64,000 nucleotides of DNA, taken from assembly GCF_009914755.1 (NCBI RefSeq), contig NC_060947.1, one strand, 5' to 3'. The notes under the pieces were generated by a model. That model was not told where the DNA came from and searched no databases. It was given only the letters and a program-made list of their open reading frames with translations. Positions 30,171 through 46,251 of the stretch are shown here, piece after piece (within the stretch, counting starts at the first letter, position 1; each line of letters opens with the position of its first letter). The translations under genes were made by a program, and so were the position numbers. This DNA is from the human T2T-CHM13v2.0 reference genome, Homo sapiens.

Positions 30171-30894
30171 AAAATTCTCTGCTTTATTCCCCTTCATGAG
30201 AAAAGCTGGCAAGGTGAACAGACTCCTCTCTTGCTAGCCCACTGCCATCTTTGGATAGGTCAGGCAGATAGAATCCTGAGTTCCAGTAGATTCTGCCACA
30301 TAATTATCCAGGGTTCAATAATTTAAGCTTACCTACCTCTTATGCAAAGACCAGAGTACTGATGAGGTAAACTTGCAGCAGAAGAAAATTAAGCCAAAAG
30401 AAAGAACTTCTCAACTTAGGATTCTAAAGCACTGTGACAGATACAGTTCTCCCTAAGCCTTTAGGTTCAACCTCCTGCCTCCAGCCATGCCAGACAGATG
30501 AAGGTCTCTATTTTCTTACTGTGGGAAGTTCAGATTTTGGCCTAAGGCCTGGGTGAAGGTGAGGATGACAGAATGACGGAGTTACTTGTTTGCAACAGAG
30601 AATGCATTCCTCCCCACCCTGTCCTGCCCCAACATGTAATTGAATATCTTTCCTTTTGCCACCCCTCAATAGGCTTTTGCCCTTCTCTTCCTAAATAAGG
30701 TTATTAAGTTATTGACTTATTCAAATAAAAGTTTGTCCAATATTCAAGAGACATTAAGTATGTTCTTTGGGTCTGAACACATGGTCAATTTCAATCTTTG
30801 TGAGTTTTCACAGAGGCCCACTAACTCCCTGTGTGAAAAAAGTACCCAGACGTAAGTCATATGAAGGGAGTTGCATGATAAAAAGCTTTCTGGG

Positions 30895-31542
<648 letters not shown>

Positions 31543-31609
31543 TTATGATAAAGTACTTGGTCCAAACCTGCCATACAGGGCTAGAAAGTTCTCAGCAGTC
31601 ATCCATCCC

Positions 31610-31785
31610 AACGGTTCCCAACCCTAGCTGACTATCAAAATCATGTAAGGAGTATGTTGAACATATACCTTCCCTGGGGCTCATGAAACCTACTGAATCA
31701 GAATTTCTGAGGTAAGGCCCCAAAGTCTGTATTTTAAACAATCTTATCAGGTGATTCTCATAATAGGACAGGTTTGGGAACTATT
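31610..31785. mobile_element. MER5A-like hAT element
   Basis: ggttcccaacc...acctactgaatcagaatttct...tctgtattttaaaca...ggtgattct...ggtttgggaactatt. Confidence 0.65.
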
Positions 31786-34700
31786 TGTCTGGTTGAATCC
31801 TTTGGATTTTTTTTTTTTTTTTTTTTTTTTGGATGAGGAAACCAGGCTCAGAGGGGCAGGAGCCTACAGCAAAGTGGCCAGATGGGAAAGTAAGGGCAGA
31901 GCATGTCTGCCTTGCTTCTCATCATCTCCTCTTTGCATAGAACACCTAATATTATGTTCTCTCACCCTTTCTGATCAATTACTTGTCCTTCCATGTCTCT
32001 AGAACTGTGAGTACTTTGATGGTAGGACCATGTCAGATCCATCTCTGAGGTCTCCAAGTCCTTGAGCTTGATCCTTAAAGCTAGGCTCCCAACTTACTAG
32101 GCAGGTATACATTCTTAGACCCTATGCCTCTGTTTCCAGGGACCATGGGTTGGGGCAGGAGTTGGTGTCCCCCTTCCTTCAAAAAGCAAGGCAGGCTGCA
32201 AAGTTTGAAGTATGTGAAATATGGAGGCCAGTTCTTGTGCCGAGGGAGCTGGAATGTCCAGTGGCACCAGGTTACCTGAAGCTTGGGCTGGGGCTGAGTG
32301 TTGATCTCAGGGGAATTTGGGCGTCATTCCCATTACTATCACTGACAGCAGCCTTACGTGCAGCGATAATGACATGCTTTGAAAAATGCCTCAAATGTCA
32401 GTTACCCAGCATTGAGACAGCCCCTGAGAGTTGTTCCTTCATGCCCGCATCTTTAGCTGTGCTTATCACTCTCATAGCACTGTGTTTCACCCTGCCCAAT
32501 TGTGCAGGGCTGTCTGGGGCCTTGGTCTTCTGTTCTTGGAGCCAGGATAGGAAGTAGAATAAAAAGATGGCTGTGGAAGGCAAGGCAGGACTAACCATTC
32601 AGTAGTTTGCATTTTTGTGCGTTAAGATGAGCTCGTGCCAAACTGGGGAGGGAAGTATGAATGAAGCACAGACTGTCATTAGACCTGGGTTCTAACCTTA
32701 CCACTGTCATGTTCATTTGCTGTGTGACTGTGGACTAGGCCCTTACTCCTCTAAGCCTCCATTTCTGCACCTGTGCAATGAGTAGCTTGGACTCACAACC
32801 TTTCTGTTCTAATTGAGTGATGCTAATTTAAGAGCCAAGCTGGAGGGTCAGGGGTGGGTATCTAATGAGTGATGCTCATTCCCTGCCTTCATTCATCGCA
32901 TATCTTGAGTCCACTCTTGGAAAACATATGTTGTTAGCCCCAAAGGCTCAAGATATAACCTCCAAAGTAACTTGCATAATATATTTGCACCCTGCTGTGT
33001 TGGCTTTGTGCTGATAACATCTCAACACAGCCTGGATCCACTGTACTCTGGTTATGTCAACTTCTCAAAGGCAGTCAGATGCAATTGAAGACTGCTTTTC
33101 CCACTGGATGTGGGTGCCTGACAATGTAACTAACTCTGTTTTTCAGGGTCTCCTCCCTGGTCCTCTCTTGTTCAGCTCTGCAGCATCTGTGCGACTTCTC
33201 AGTGCATTGACTCCTTTAGCCACACACCCCTCTAAGTAGGTTACCTGCTGGCACTGGCTCAGTGCCAACAGGCTGTGGTTTCTCTAACTGTAAAGGCCTT
33301 GATTCATCCTGGTTGTGAGGAACTCTTTTAAGTTTGGCAGCTGTTTTACTCTGGGAATTTCTCCTCTGCCTAACCCTTCTCCCATCAACAAGCTTCCTTC
33401 ACTTCTTCCCTCCCACCTCCCTCAAAATCCCCTATGGATAATGGGATGATCTTTGTCTTGCAACAGGGCACTATAGACGACCAGGATGGTCCATCCTTCC
33501 TCCACCACTAGTGACAGCAACAAGGCTAGCTTGGGGAATTTTAGCATCGCTCAAAGCCATGACTAATAAATAGATAATTTAAGCAAAACTCATGCACTTG
33601 CTATGCTAGCAAGCATCAAGGCAAGTCCTTTAGTCACCTCCTTCCAACCAAATTGCTTTCCCTAAGCCCTTTCTATTGAGAAATTATGGACCCTCCACCC
33701 CCATTATATGCCCCAGGGCCTAGCACAAGGGCTGGCTGGCACATAATAGATGCTCAATAAATATTTGTTGAATGAATAATGGCCGAACAGATGAAGACTA
33801 AACATACCTAAAAGCTAAAGGAAATAATGCTAGCTGAGTCAGGAGACCTGGATCAGCCACTAATCCATCTTGTGACCTTGAGCATGTTCCTCTCTTTGGG
33901 TCTAAGTCTCTTCCTCTGTAGAATTTTGCACTGAACTCAGTGATCTTTTAGGGGTCTTCCATTTCTGGGAGTTCATAATTCTGTGATCCGTACTCTTGTA
34001 CCAAATACCACTTGCCGCCACCACCCCTGCTCTGCCCCGCCCCACCCAAAGAAGTAAAAGAAACTTCCATCTAGTCATCAGATAGTATTGGGATCATGCT
34101 GATAGGGAAAAGAATATAACTTGGGGTTTTGGACCAAGCCAATATCAGAGAAGCCACTGCTTCCCATTATGCCAATGGGGATTGCTGATTAGGTCTCACT
34201 CCTATGACACAAAGGCACAACATTCAAGGTCCTCCGCTCCTTGCCTCCTCTGCCTTGTCTTTGATGTCCCATGAGAAGTATGTTGACCAGACAATATCCC
34301 CTTGGCTCTGGTAGTGGTTGGAGTCAGTAAGCTGTTGGAGATCTGGGAGTCCTGGTCATTGCAGAACAAAATTCTTGTCCACTGTTATAAGCACATAGGT
34401 CTTGATTTTAAAAGTCTTATGCAGCCATAAAAATATACACAGACCAACCTGCCTGGGATTAAAGGGAACTAGGCAGAAAACCAGAAAAGGTAGAGTCTCT
34501 CTTAGTGGGCCTTTCCCTTTTTGTCTCTCTGAATTGGGTTTCCATGGGGATCTGTGGGTAAAACACATGAACTTTAAACACTTTTTAAAAAAACTTAAAA
34601 TGACATTTAAGAGACCTCCAATATTGGAAATCTTTTATTCTCTGATTCAAAATATGTAACCAGTAGAAAGGTGGTTTGTTTCGTATGTGTTCTTTTAGTG

Positions 34701-36555
34701 TGATGAGTCAGGCTGAAGCTGGGATTGGGCAATGACTATGTGAGTATGTGGTGAATTTCAGAGGGGAAGTGCTGTTTGAGGAAAGGCAAAGCATATTTAT
34801 CAGACAAAGAATGTATGAAGCCTAAAGCATGTGTTTAATACTTTGAGAAGCTGGTTACTCATACCTCCCTCCTCCTTGACACATACAGTTAGGCTCCATG
34901 ATCAAACATCAGATTTAGGCTAGACAATCTTTGAGGTTTGTTCCAGTTCTGATGTTTTTTCTCTGACTGTGTGAGATTATTCAGACTTGCAAGTGCACTT
35001 TTCCAATGAATCCCCTGTGGTTACTTTCAATGTTTTATTCCAGGCAAGGAACAAATGACTGTAAAGTGGCTAAACCTCAGTAGGCTTGGCCATAAAGTGA
35101 CACGGAAAATTGATAGTTAGTGATGGGCCATGAACTATGAAGTAGGGTGAACCCTTTGGATCCTCAGGACCCAATAGCTCAAAAATAGATCAAGAAGGAA
35201 GTGTGTACATGAGGGAAAATTGCTTATAGTGATGTGCCTATTTGCATTGAAATGTCATCCCTTGGGGGGTCCCCCCACCTGTCATGGGACAAATGTCTTA
35301 TAGAAGAATGTGACAGCAAATGTGCCACACTGATCAGATGCTTTTGGCATACTTGAACCTTCCTGGTGTTATAAATAGGAGGGAATGAGCCTGGACTTAA
35401 ATATGTCATGCTGTCAGAAACAGAAGGGATGTGCTACCATTAATAAGGGGCTTAGAGGATCCTATAGTTAAGAGCCAAAGAAGCCCTCTATTTCGAGAAG
35501 GGAAAAGTTCAATGACTGTCCGCTATCAGAGCACAATACGAGCTAAATTACTAGCAGTAGGTTGGTCCTTGACCCCTTTGGATCATAGGGAAATGATGAT
35601 AATAGAGTTGGCAAGCCCCCAAGGCGCCCTCCAGACTGGACATGCATGGAGGCTGGGTCAGCCAGTTTCCACCACACTTCCAATTGCCAGTGTACTCTCT
35701 TCCTTGGAGCATTACCACCACACTCTCAGCAGGGTGGATTTGGGAAGTGGCCTGGAATATGGCAGGCCTTCCCTCTCATCCTGCTGGGAATAGTCTTGTC
35801 CGTTCCCGTTCTAGGAAAGAGAAGCAGAGAGATGCCAAAGGCTCAGGTACCTGTTGAATCAGAGAGTGAGCAGTGAGCAACACAGAAGGGTGAAGGCCTA
35901 GAGCATGTGGGGACCTCAAAGGTTATCTAGTAAAATGTTTTCCAAAATGTCCATTATAACCCATGAAATTAATTTAGAAGGTCACAATAAGCATTTTAAA
36001 AATAATATGCACTAGAAAATTTCAGAGTTTGTCACGCAGAGTAGGGATAATTAGTTTTGTGAAATTTGCTTGAGGTATATATAAAGATTATATATATAGT
36101 TTTAAATATATATCAGTTATATATGTGTACATTTTACATCACGACACATATGTGATGTATACATATACATTATTGCATATATAGCTATACACAGATATAT
36201 AAATATACACAGGTCGTCCTTCACTGACGGTCACTGACATAGTTTCAATTGTCCTCAGCCTACAGTTCACTCTCCTCTGGACACAGTCAAGTTGGTTCTA
36301 AAGTATGGAGCCCCAGAACCTCAGCAGCCCTTCAAGGTATAGCCTACTCAGAGCAGAGGAAAACATGACTATCTCCTCATTTGTTCTGACCAAGTACATT
36401 TTGAACAATTCAGTTCAAGATTTCCAATAAGGTAGAATCTCACAACTTGGTACTCATTGAACTTACAGTTGCCTAAAACTCCTAGGTATCTCTCACACAT
36501 GTCACTGCTAAGCCCTAGCTCCCTTACTCCCTTATCCTACTGCTGTGCAGGTTGC

Positions 36556-36850
<295 letters not shown>

Positions 36851-37093
36851 TAATCCTAGTACAGAAACTGTCATTTATCTTTGTTAGAGTTTACCTTTCA
36901 CCTTGACTCACCTTTTTAAAATGCATTTACACATCCCATCCATGACCATCTCTATGCATATTTAAATCTGGTTTCATTGGCTCAGAGGGAGCTGCATTTA
37001 AACCCCACGTAGCTCTCTCTCAGAAGGTCATATTTATTTTTTTTCAGACTGTTCCTTTAAAAAAACTGTTATTTTTTATTTATTTATTTATTT

Positions 37094-37359
37094 AGAAATA
37101 GGGTCTCACTATGTTTCCCATCTTGGAGTGCAGTGGCTATTCATAGGCACAATCCCATTATTGATTAGCATGGGAGTTTTGACCTGCTCCATTTCTGACC
37201 TGGGCATGTTCACCCCACCTTAGACAACCCAGTGGTTCCCCACTCCTGGGAGGTCACCATAATGATTCCAAACTTAGTGCAGACACCCAGTCGGCACGAG
37301 GTGATCTTCTCGTGCTTCCCAAGTAACTGGGACCACACGCGTGTGCCACTGTGCCTGGC
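37094..37359 (-). pseudogene. 7SL (RN7SL) RNA processed pseudogene
   Basis: Reverse strand contains the 7SL-specific S domain absent from Alus (GTGTCTGCACTAAGTTTGG...ATGGTGACCTCCCAGGAGTGGGGAACCAC...GGAGCAGGTCAAAACTCCC...GAATAGCCACTGCACTCC); A-rich tail at ~37070-37093; ~30-nt internal deletion. Confidence 0.9.
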
Positions 37360-37364
37360 TTTTA

Positions 37365-37500
37365 ACTATTTTTTTATTGATACATAATAATTGTACATAC
37401 TTATGGGGTACTTGTGATATTTTGATATATGCATACAATGTGTAATGATCAAATCAGGGTAATTAGGTATCCATCACCTCAAACATTTATCATTTCTTCC
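37365..37500 (-). mobile_element. L1MA 3' end fragment
   Basis: tttttattgatacataataattgtacat...atcaaatcagggtaatt...catcacctcaaacatttatcatttct. Confidence 0.75.
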
Positions 37501-37631
37501 TGTTGGGGACAGACCATTCCTTTCATTGCTCATCTATTATTTTTCTGACTACCATGATGCCCCTATTCTAGCCAAGCCAGTGTCCTCACTGTTTTCTTTC
37601 CTGTACTCGAGACATAATTCTACCACTGGGC

Positions 37632-38234
37632 AGACTGTAAACTAGTTCAACCATTGTGGAAGTCAGTGTGGCAATTCCTCAGGGATCGAGAACTAGAAAT
37701 ACCATTTGACCCCACCATCCCATTACTGGGTATATACCCAAAGGATTATAAAACATGCTGCTATAAAGACACATGCACACGTATGTTTATTGTGGCACTA
37801 TTCACAATAGCAAAGACTTGGAACCAACCCAAATGTCCAACAATGATAGACTGGATTAAGAAAATGTGGCACATATACACCATGGAATACTATGCAGCCA
37901 TAAAAAATGATGAGTTCATGTCCTTTGTAGGGACATGGATGAAGCTGGAAATCATCATTCTCAGCAAACTATCGCAAGGACAAAAAACCAAACATGGCAT
38001 GTTCTCACTCATAGGTGGGAATTGAACAATGAGAACACATGGACACAGGAAGGGGAACATCACACACCAGGGCCTGTTGTGGGGTGCGGGGAGGGGGGAG
38101 GGATAGCATTAGGAGATATACCTAATGTTAAATGACGAGTTAATGGGTGCAGCACACCAACATGGCACATGTATACATATATGACAAACCTGCACGTTGT
38201 GCACATGTACCCTAAAACTTAAAATAAAAAAAAA
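37632..38234 (+). mobile_element. 5'-truncated L1PA (L1PA4-like) 3' end, sense to the gene
   Basis: ORF2 C-terminus (...MFSLIGGN), 3'UTR and poly(A); TSD AATTCTACC(A/G)CTGGGC at 37616-37631 and 38235-38250. Confidence 0.95.
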
Positions 38235-40026
38235 AATTCTACCGCTGGGCTTTTGACTACACTAAGCCTTCACTTATGATACCCTCTTTGCCATAATGTC
38301 TTTCATGGCCCAACTTAAGTCATTATATCCTCCATGATTCTTTATTCAGTAGCTCTAGATCATATTGATCTATCCTCTGAATTTGTAAATTTCAACTGTA
38401 TTTCTTGTGTATTGCTTCACATTTAGTTTTGTATAAGTGTATGTATTCTTATAAAAAATACATATAAATGTCTTATTATCTGCATTGTTGGTGCATGGCT
38501 GACTCACACAAGTGGGCACTCTAAAGCCAGAATGCCTGGGTTCAAATTCAGATGTACAATTCTATAATTTAGTAGTTGCATGTACTTGTGCAAATTACTT
38601 AATCTCTGTATGTCTCAGTTTCTTCAAAATCAGGATAACATAGTATGTGTTGCATAGGTTTGCTTAGTGTTTAAATGAATTGATATATCTGAAGTACTTG
38701 AAACAGTCCCTGACACATATAAACACTCAATAAATATTAACTATAATTATGATTAAATACTATACGCTTTCATATATTTTATCTCGGGGAAAGTTAGAGC
38801 AGGGATTGTCATCCCTGTTTTATGGATGAGTAACTAAAGTTTGAAAGGTTAAGTGACAGTGTAAGATTATATAAGTGAGCTGTCTCAGGGTCATTAGGGG
38901 ATTAACTATAAAGTAGAAAATACTAAAGGCCATAAGAGAGGGAAGCAAAAGACCCTTAGGAATTTAGAAGCTCTTCTGGCTGGGGTGGGTAGGAAAGGCT
39001 TGCTGATGTCCATGAAGAAGCAATGAAGAATGTGCAGGATAGGGTCAGCCTTGGTAAGTGTCCATCCAGCCATTTTAGGCAGAGAGGGCTCAAGTGGAGT
39101 AAGGGGTAGTGGAGGAGGTAGGGTGTGGCTCCTCCTACATTTTGCTTCCGGTATAGAGGGCATGGTCAGAGGCCAGAGGAGAAAAAAATCTGAAGAGGAG
39201 ACATCTGGGCATGGCAGCCATGTGGGGAGCAGTCAGTAGTAGTTCTGTGGTATGTGCAGGAGTATAGTGTGTGGGAGAGAGAGGAGAGCCTGCAGTGGCA
39301 AGACAAGGCTTTGGACCTGTGTTCCAAAATACCTATTCACAAAGTCCATGAATATTTGGCTACTGCTCTGGGCCCTTAGAATCCTTGATTGATTAGCTCA
39401 GGCAACTTTATCAGATTAACCAGCTGACCTCTTTGAATGGCACCCACTGTTCACTCAGTTGTGTTAGGCTGTGGGGAACTGAAGAGAAGGAAGAAGCAAG
39501 GTCTCTTTCCCAAGGAAGTCCCAGTCTAGGTAATTGACTATAGTTGATTATGTGTGAGTTATGGTTGTTGCACGAATAAATTATTATTTCATGGATTGTG
39601 TTCTAATTCATAAGTAGGGCTATCAGGGAGAGACAAGAAGTAGATAAAGAAACTGCCAGGTGGCAGGAGGGCACTGGCTGGGGAAAAGAAAGTGCAGAGA
39701 AGGGAGGCTAAGAGTTGGATTGAAGGTGGGAGAAGACATTTTGCTTCCTTGCGATTGGGCAGCTAGCCATTCTTAAAGTCCAGTGTGTGGGCCAAGATTC
39801 TTGGCCAGGCCCGAGCTTGGAAAATGGTGAATTGAAATATGAGTTTCCATGTACCTTTCTACCTTAGTTCCCTGGGTCTTCATCTGCCCAGGGGAGATAA
39901 AAAGAATGAATAAGAGAGCAGTTGAGGTGATTTCAACTCCATGGGATGCTGCTACAGACACACTTGAGCTGTCATTATTATGGGATGGGAAAACTGGATG
40001 TAAATTAAGATTATTATCACCTGTGC

Positions 40027-40081
40027 AACGACAACAACAACAACAACAACCACTACTACTACTACTAAGAATAATAATAAA
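40027..40081. repeat. Compound (CAA)n(CTA)n(ATA)n microsatellite
   Basis: Direct reading. Confidence 0.85.
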
Positions 40082-40574
40082 CTCATGTGATGCTGCCAGC
40101 ATTCTAAAGAGCCTACCTTTGGGTACTGCCCCTGCTTCATGGGCTCAAAATTGAGGAGAAACTGAAGACTGTTTGCATGCCTTTCAATCTTGGATCTGCA
40201 TAGACAATTCCTTAGGACCAGCCCTTGCTAGTGAGCTGGGTTAGAAATGCTCTTTGCACTCCCCTGCTAGCCAAGCCTTGTCTGTGCAAAGCCACCGGGT
40301 CCCTTCTGTCCGGTAAATTTCTAGAATGTTAAAGTACTTGGAAGGACCCTTACAGGCCATCAAGTCTGACTCCTTTGTTATACTGATAGAGACATGAGGG
40401 TTCAGAGAGAAACAGGGACGTGACTAGGGTCACACAGTAATGCAGTGGCAGAAATGGCCCTAATCCAGCTGGCCCTCCCAGCTGATAGGCCAGTGTGCAC
40501 TTTCCATAGTATCCATCTCTCTCTACTTCCTATCCTTCTATCTCCACCAATTTCAGTCACTTGAGTTGTTACTG

Positions 40575-40832
40575 GTATTTCTCAGCCCCAGTAGCCCATC
40601 AAAATCCTCTGGGGAGCTTAAAAAAATACTGATGTCCTGGCCCCACCCCAGACCAACCGAATCGTTGTCTCTGAGGAATGGAGTGATTTTTTTTATTATA
40701 CTTTAAGTTCTAGGGTACATGTGCACAATGTGCAGGTTTGTTACATATGTATACATGTCCATCAATGATGGAGTGATATTTTTAAAAGCTCTCTAGGTGA
40801 TTCTAATGTACAGTCAAGATCAAGGATCACTG
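40575..40832. mobile_element. MER5A-like element interrupted by a tiny L1 tail
   Basis: ggggagcttaaaaaaatactgatg...ccccaccccagacc...aggtgattctaatgtacag...gatcactg. Confidence 0.7.
40688..40767 (-). mobile_element. ~80-bp extremely 5'-truncated L1PA insertion
   Basis: ttttattatactttaagttctagggtacatgtgcacaatgtgcaggtttgttacat; TSD ATGGAGTGAT at 40678-40687 and 40768-40777. Confidence 0.88.
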
Positions 40833-41687
40833 CTCAGGAGAAAATTAGCCTCATGTCTATGAGGAGACCTAAAGGACAGACTCCCAGTGAAGCAGACTTC
40901 CCAGCCTCCATTGACTTTGGGCCACTCTGCACCTCAGTAGGTCCCCAAACCCTGGTATGTGGAGGACGTAGGATTCTGAAAGTATGAATTTCAGGGTCAC
41001 CAATGCTGTCCTTGAGCTCCATTGACCCTCTTGTCATTGCCTTTCCCCTCATGCTAGATCAGAAGTATTTTATTTCCAGACTTTTTACTTTTTCTTTACC
41101 CATCACGAAGGCCTCTGAGGAGACTGCCTGCCTCCAGTAGGCACAAACAATTTGTCCCAGCTTCTGACTTTTTGGGGAGACACACACACACAAGGAATGT
41201 CTCTTCTTTGGCTCCTTCCGAGGGGCTTGTACTGAGTATCTAGAACCACCCGCCAGCCTCCATTCCATCTACTTGCCATTCCCACACATAGAGCTTGCTT
41301 CCCAAGAACCAGACTTTGAGGGACAGCCAGCACAAAGCAGAGAGAAGGGAGGCACTGGGCACCGGGACCCCTAATGCTGTTCAGCATTTTGCCTCTTGTC
41401 TTGCTGGCTATGGGCCCATAGTTAATTTATAAACTTGACTTGCCCAGGGATAAGTAAGTACAGATGTGTATCTTTTTCCACACCACCAGTGGTCTTTCTT
41501 TTTTCAGAAAATAGGATTCACTGAAATATTCCACAAAACTAAACATTAGTGATACTAAAGAAACAAAACATCCTCTTCAACACATTACATAAACCTGCCC
41601 TCAAATAATCAGGCTAGAAGGGATTATCAATAATGTTTGGCAATATATAGTCACTTTGCTTTTTTAAGTGGCCTCCCCCTCATCCTA

Positions 41688-42380
<693 letters not shown>

Positions 42381-42732
42381 TGGTCGTTTGATGCCCTCCC
42401 TTGGTAAGATTTTTAATCTTCCCTCTACCTCTTTCCATCTATGACTCAGTGTTCAGGAATTTGCTTGTTAAATCTCCTGGATTGGTGTTGTGTGGGCTTT
42501 AAAATGTAAAATCAAAGTTAGAGCAATAAAGAAATCCCTTTGGGCCAGTGTTGTGAAAGAATAACTTATTCTATTCAGTGCAGTGGGTGGTGGATGGACT
42601 AGAGTGCCCAGAAAGCCCAGCTGGATCCCCTTAAGCCAGTTATAGACCTCTGCTCTGGCGTTTACCTGTAACTGAGCCATGACTCCGATCTTGATCAACC
42701 ATGTTATTTAGCAGGGTGTGGTGGTCCTCAGC

Positions 42733-42763
<31 letters not shown>

Positions 42764-42880
42764 TACATATATATATGTATATATCTGTATATATATGTGT
42801 GTATATATATATACATATATATATGTGTGTGTATATATATATACATATATATGTGTGTGTATATATATATATATATATAT
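42733..42880. repeat. (TA)n/(TG)/(CA) compound microsatellite
   Basis: Direct reading. Confidence 0.92.
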
Positions 42881-44271
42881 CTCACAAGTGTTCACTGCCT
42901 CCTATCAAGGCTAGAAGGTGAGCGGTATCCTGGGAAGAAGAGGCTGAGGCCAGTGCCCCCCCAGGGGCTGGAGTTGAGTTGAAGTCATGGCTGTCAGCAG
43001 ATAGAAATGTCAACTAGTGGTGGCCTCCAGTGGAAACATCTTGCAGGGAGAGACTGTACCCCAGCCAGTCCCTGGAGTTTTGGAAGACAAAACACTCACT
43101 GAAGGACAGAGTTTGAGTTCCCCCTCCCCACTGGGGCTCTGCCACTTAGAACTGTGTGACTGTGGGCAAGTGGCTTAGATACATTCTGTTTTCTCAGTCA
43201 TCAAGCAGGTATACTTAATACCTATCAGTGCAGTTGTGTGTAGTAATGCAGGTTAAGTATATAAAGGGGAGGTGCTCAAGAAATGTTAGTTTCCCAACCT
43301 TTCCCTCTCCTATCCTAGTCCCAATAGTCACACCCACTGTTGGAAGAAAACAATTGCATCTGACACTCTCTCCAACTCCTACCTCACCTCCTTGGCCATT
43401 CTCCAGACTCGGGTGATTAAGAAGATAGAAAAGATAAGGAATGTCTGGAGCACATAAGGGTCCATACATTCAGGGTAACTGCAAGGGCTTCTGGAGTATA
43501 ATGACTTTGGTCAACAACTAGCATGGGTGGCATGAGCATGTTAGCCCATAACAGAACAAGTACTGGGATGTCAGGGCCGTGGAAGGAAAGAGCCAAGACT
43601 CAAGGTGGTCTGACTTCAATGCATCAAGCAGAGGCTTGCTGGTCCCTGTCCTCTTCTGTTCTGCTTTTTAAAGACTAAAGGTCCCTGTGGGTATGGAGAA
43701 AGCAGCTGCATCTGAGAAAATAAGTAATACAGTAGAAGCTAAAGATGGAGTTCTGTGGCACCCATGAGAATGTTCCTGGAAGACTTCCAACTACGGGGAG
43801 CATAATTGACCAAGGGTCTTGGCTGCTGCACTCTGAAATCGTCCCAGCATTTGTGCTGAGGTCACACCTGCTACATGGCCAAGATACTAAGGTGGGCCTG
43901 TTCTTGGGAGACACAGAAATCCTCTGATTGCCAACTGACCACCAACTGACCTTGGTTTCATGAATCCATGATGGTGTTGCCAAACCTTCCTTAGAGTGCA
44001 GGGCAGACTAGGAAGCTTCCACCCAACCTTCCCTCATCCTCTCTTTCACTCAGGGTCAGACTTACATTGCAGTCTCACGTCTTCCCTAGCTTTCTCAGAC
44101 TTCCTCCCTATCTGCTGTCATTTCTCTTAATAAATCCCTGCATATGCAATCCCATTTTATTGCCTACTTCTCTGAGGTCCCAGACTAACACAAATTCTGA
44201 CCAACATGAAATCAAATGTATTGGCCTAGAGCCTGGCCTGTACCCAGGGTCTAGCCTTGGGCCACTTTTAG

Positions 44272-44585
<314 letters not shown>

Positions 44586-45027
44586 AACATTCAGCAGGTT
44601 TCTAAACATTGGAGAAGTATCCCTAAAGTTTGAAAAGACTTCGGGAGTGATATAAATTTATTGCCCTGCTTTACTCTGAATGAATATCTCAGACAAATAA
44701 GTTTCTTTTATTTAATGTTCCAACTCAGTGTCTTATATGCCTTCTTATGGAAGATGTTTCTTTAATCTAACTATAGTATTTCCCAGGAAGCTCTCATTTT
44801 CTCCTGTCCTCCATTTTGGACTGAGAGTCAGAGAAATCTAGCTCCAGGTTTGCCAGTGACAAACAGTGTCATATTGGACAAGTCCTTGTACTCTCTGTAA
44901 CCTTCTCTTTCTGAACCTCAGCTCTTATTTTTTGTGACTACCACTTTTTCTGTTTCCTCAGTTCCATTCCTCAGAACCAGTGTTCAAGTTCTCCTAAAAG
45001 ATATTGGTGTGTTAGAAAAGGAGAGAA

Positions 45028-45160
45028 AGGGAGAGAGAGAGAGTGTGTGTGTGTGTGTGTGTGTGCACGCGTGCATGTGTGTCTGTCTGTGAAAAAGAGG
45101 GAAAGAGGGAGAGGGAGAGGAAGAATTGGAGAGAAGGAGAGAAGCAGAGGGAGAGAGAGG
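45028..45160. repeat. (GA)n(GT)n microsatellite and GA-rich tract
   Basis: Direct reading. Confidence 0.8.
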
Positions 45161-45889
45161 GTGAAAGAAAGACATCTCTGTGCAGCTTATTTCCAGCTCT
45201 GCTTGGCGGTTCCCTCACACGCAGTGCTAGGCAACACACATGGTGACCTACTTTTGCAAGAAGGCTCTATTTTGGAGTTACAGTCTTCTTTACCTTCCTC
45301 CTTTGCCTGGGATGGCTCTGCCACTAAACAGCAGATACAGATGTAAGGAACAGAGGATTGGTGGCTCTGGTATCATTACCAAATTTTAAAAATTGTAAGG
45401 ATGAAAGGCATTCCAGCTCTTAGCTTTGTGTTACCAGAAACCACTCCAGAGATTTGAAACTGAATCACTTACAACTCCTCCTAGGAGGAATTCAGGCTTA
45501 ATCCCATCTCCATCCCCATCTAGAGAGGCCAGGATGCTTTGTCCCAAGCCCCTGAATCCCTCAAATCTGACCCTGTCCCCTGCTGTGGCCACCACTCTCT
45601 CCTATTTCATTGGAGTGTCTCCTCCTGAGCCTTTCAGCCCAGTCCAGGCCAGCTCCTTAATAGCTGCCCCTTCCCGTGAACTCCCTCTTCCTGCCTCCTC
45701 TTCCCTCCAGTGGCAGAAACCCCACCTCTGTTGGCCCAGTGTCTTTGAAGAGAGTCCTGAGATGCCCCTCGGAGTTTGGGTAGAGCCCTTGCAGGCATCC
45801 AGAGAACAACTGGAATCAAGGCCCTTTGTGCTTTCTGGTTCCCAAGCGCCTTTGGGGCTTGAGGTTCTCTTCATTAGTGGTGGATCTGA

Positions 45890-46251
<362 letters not shown>

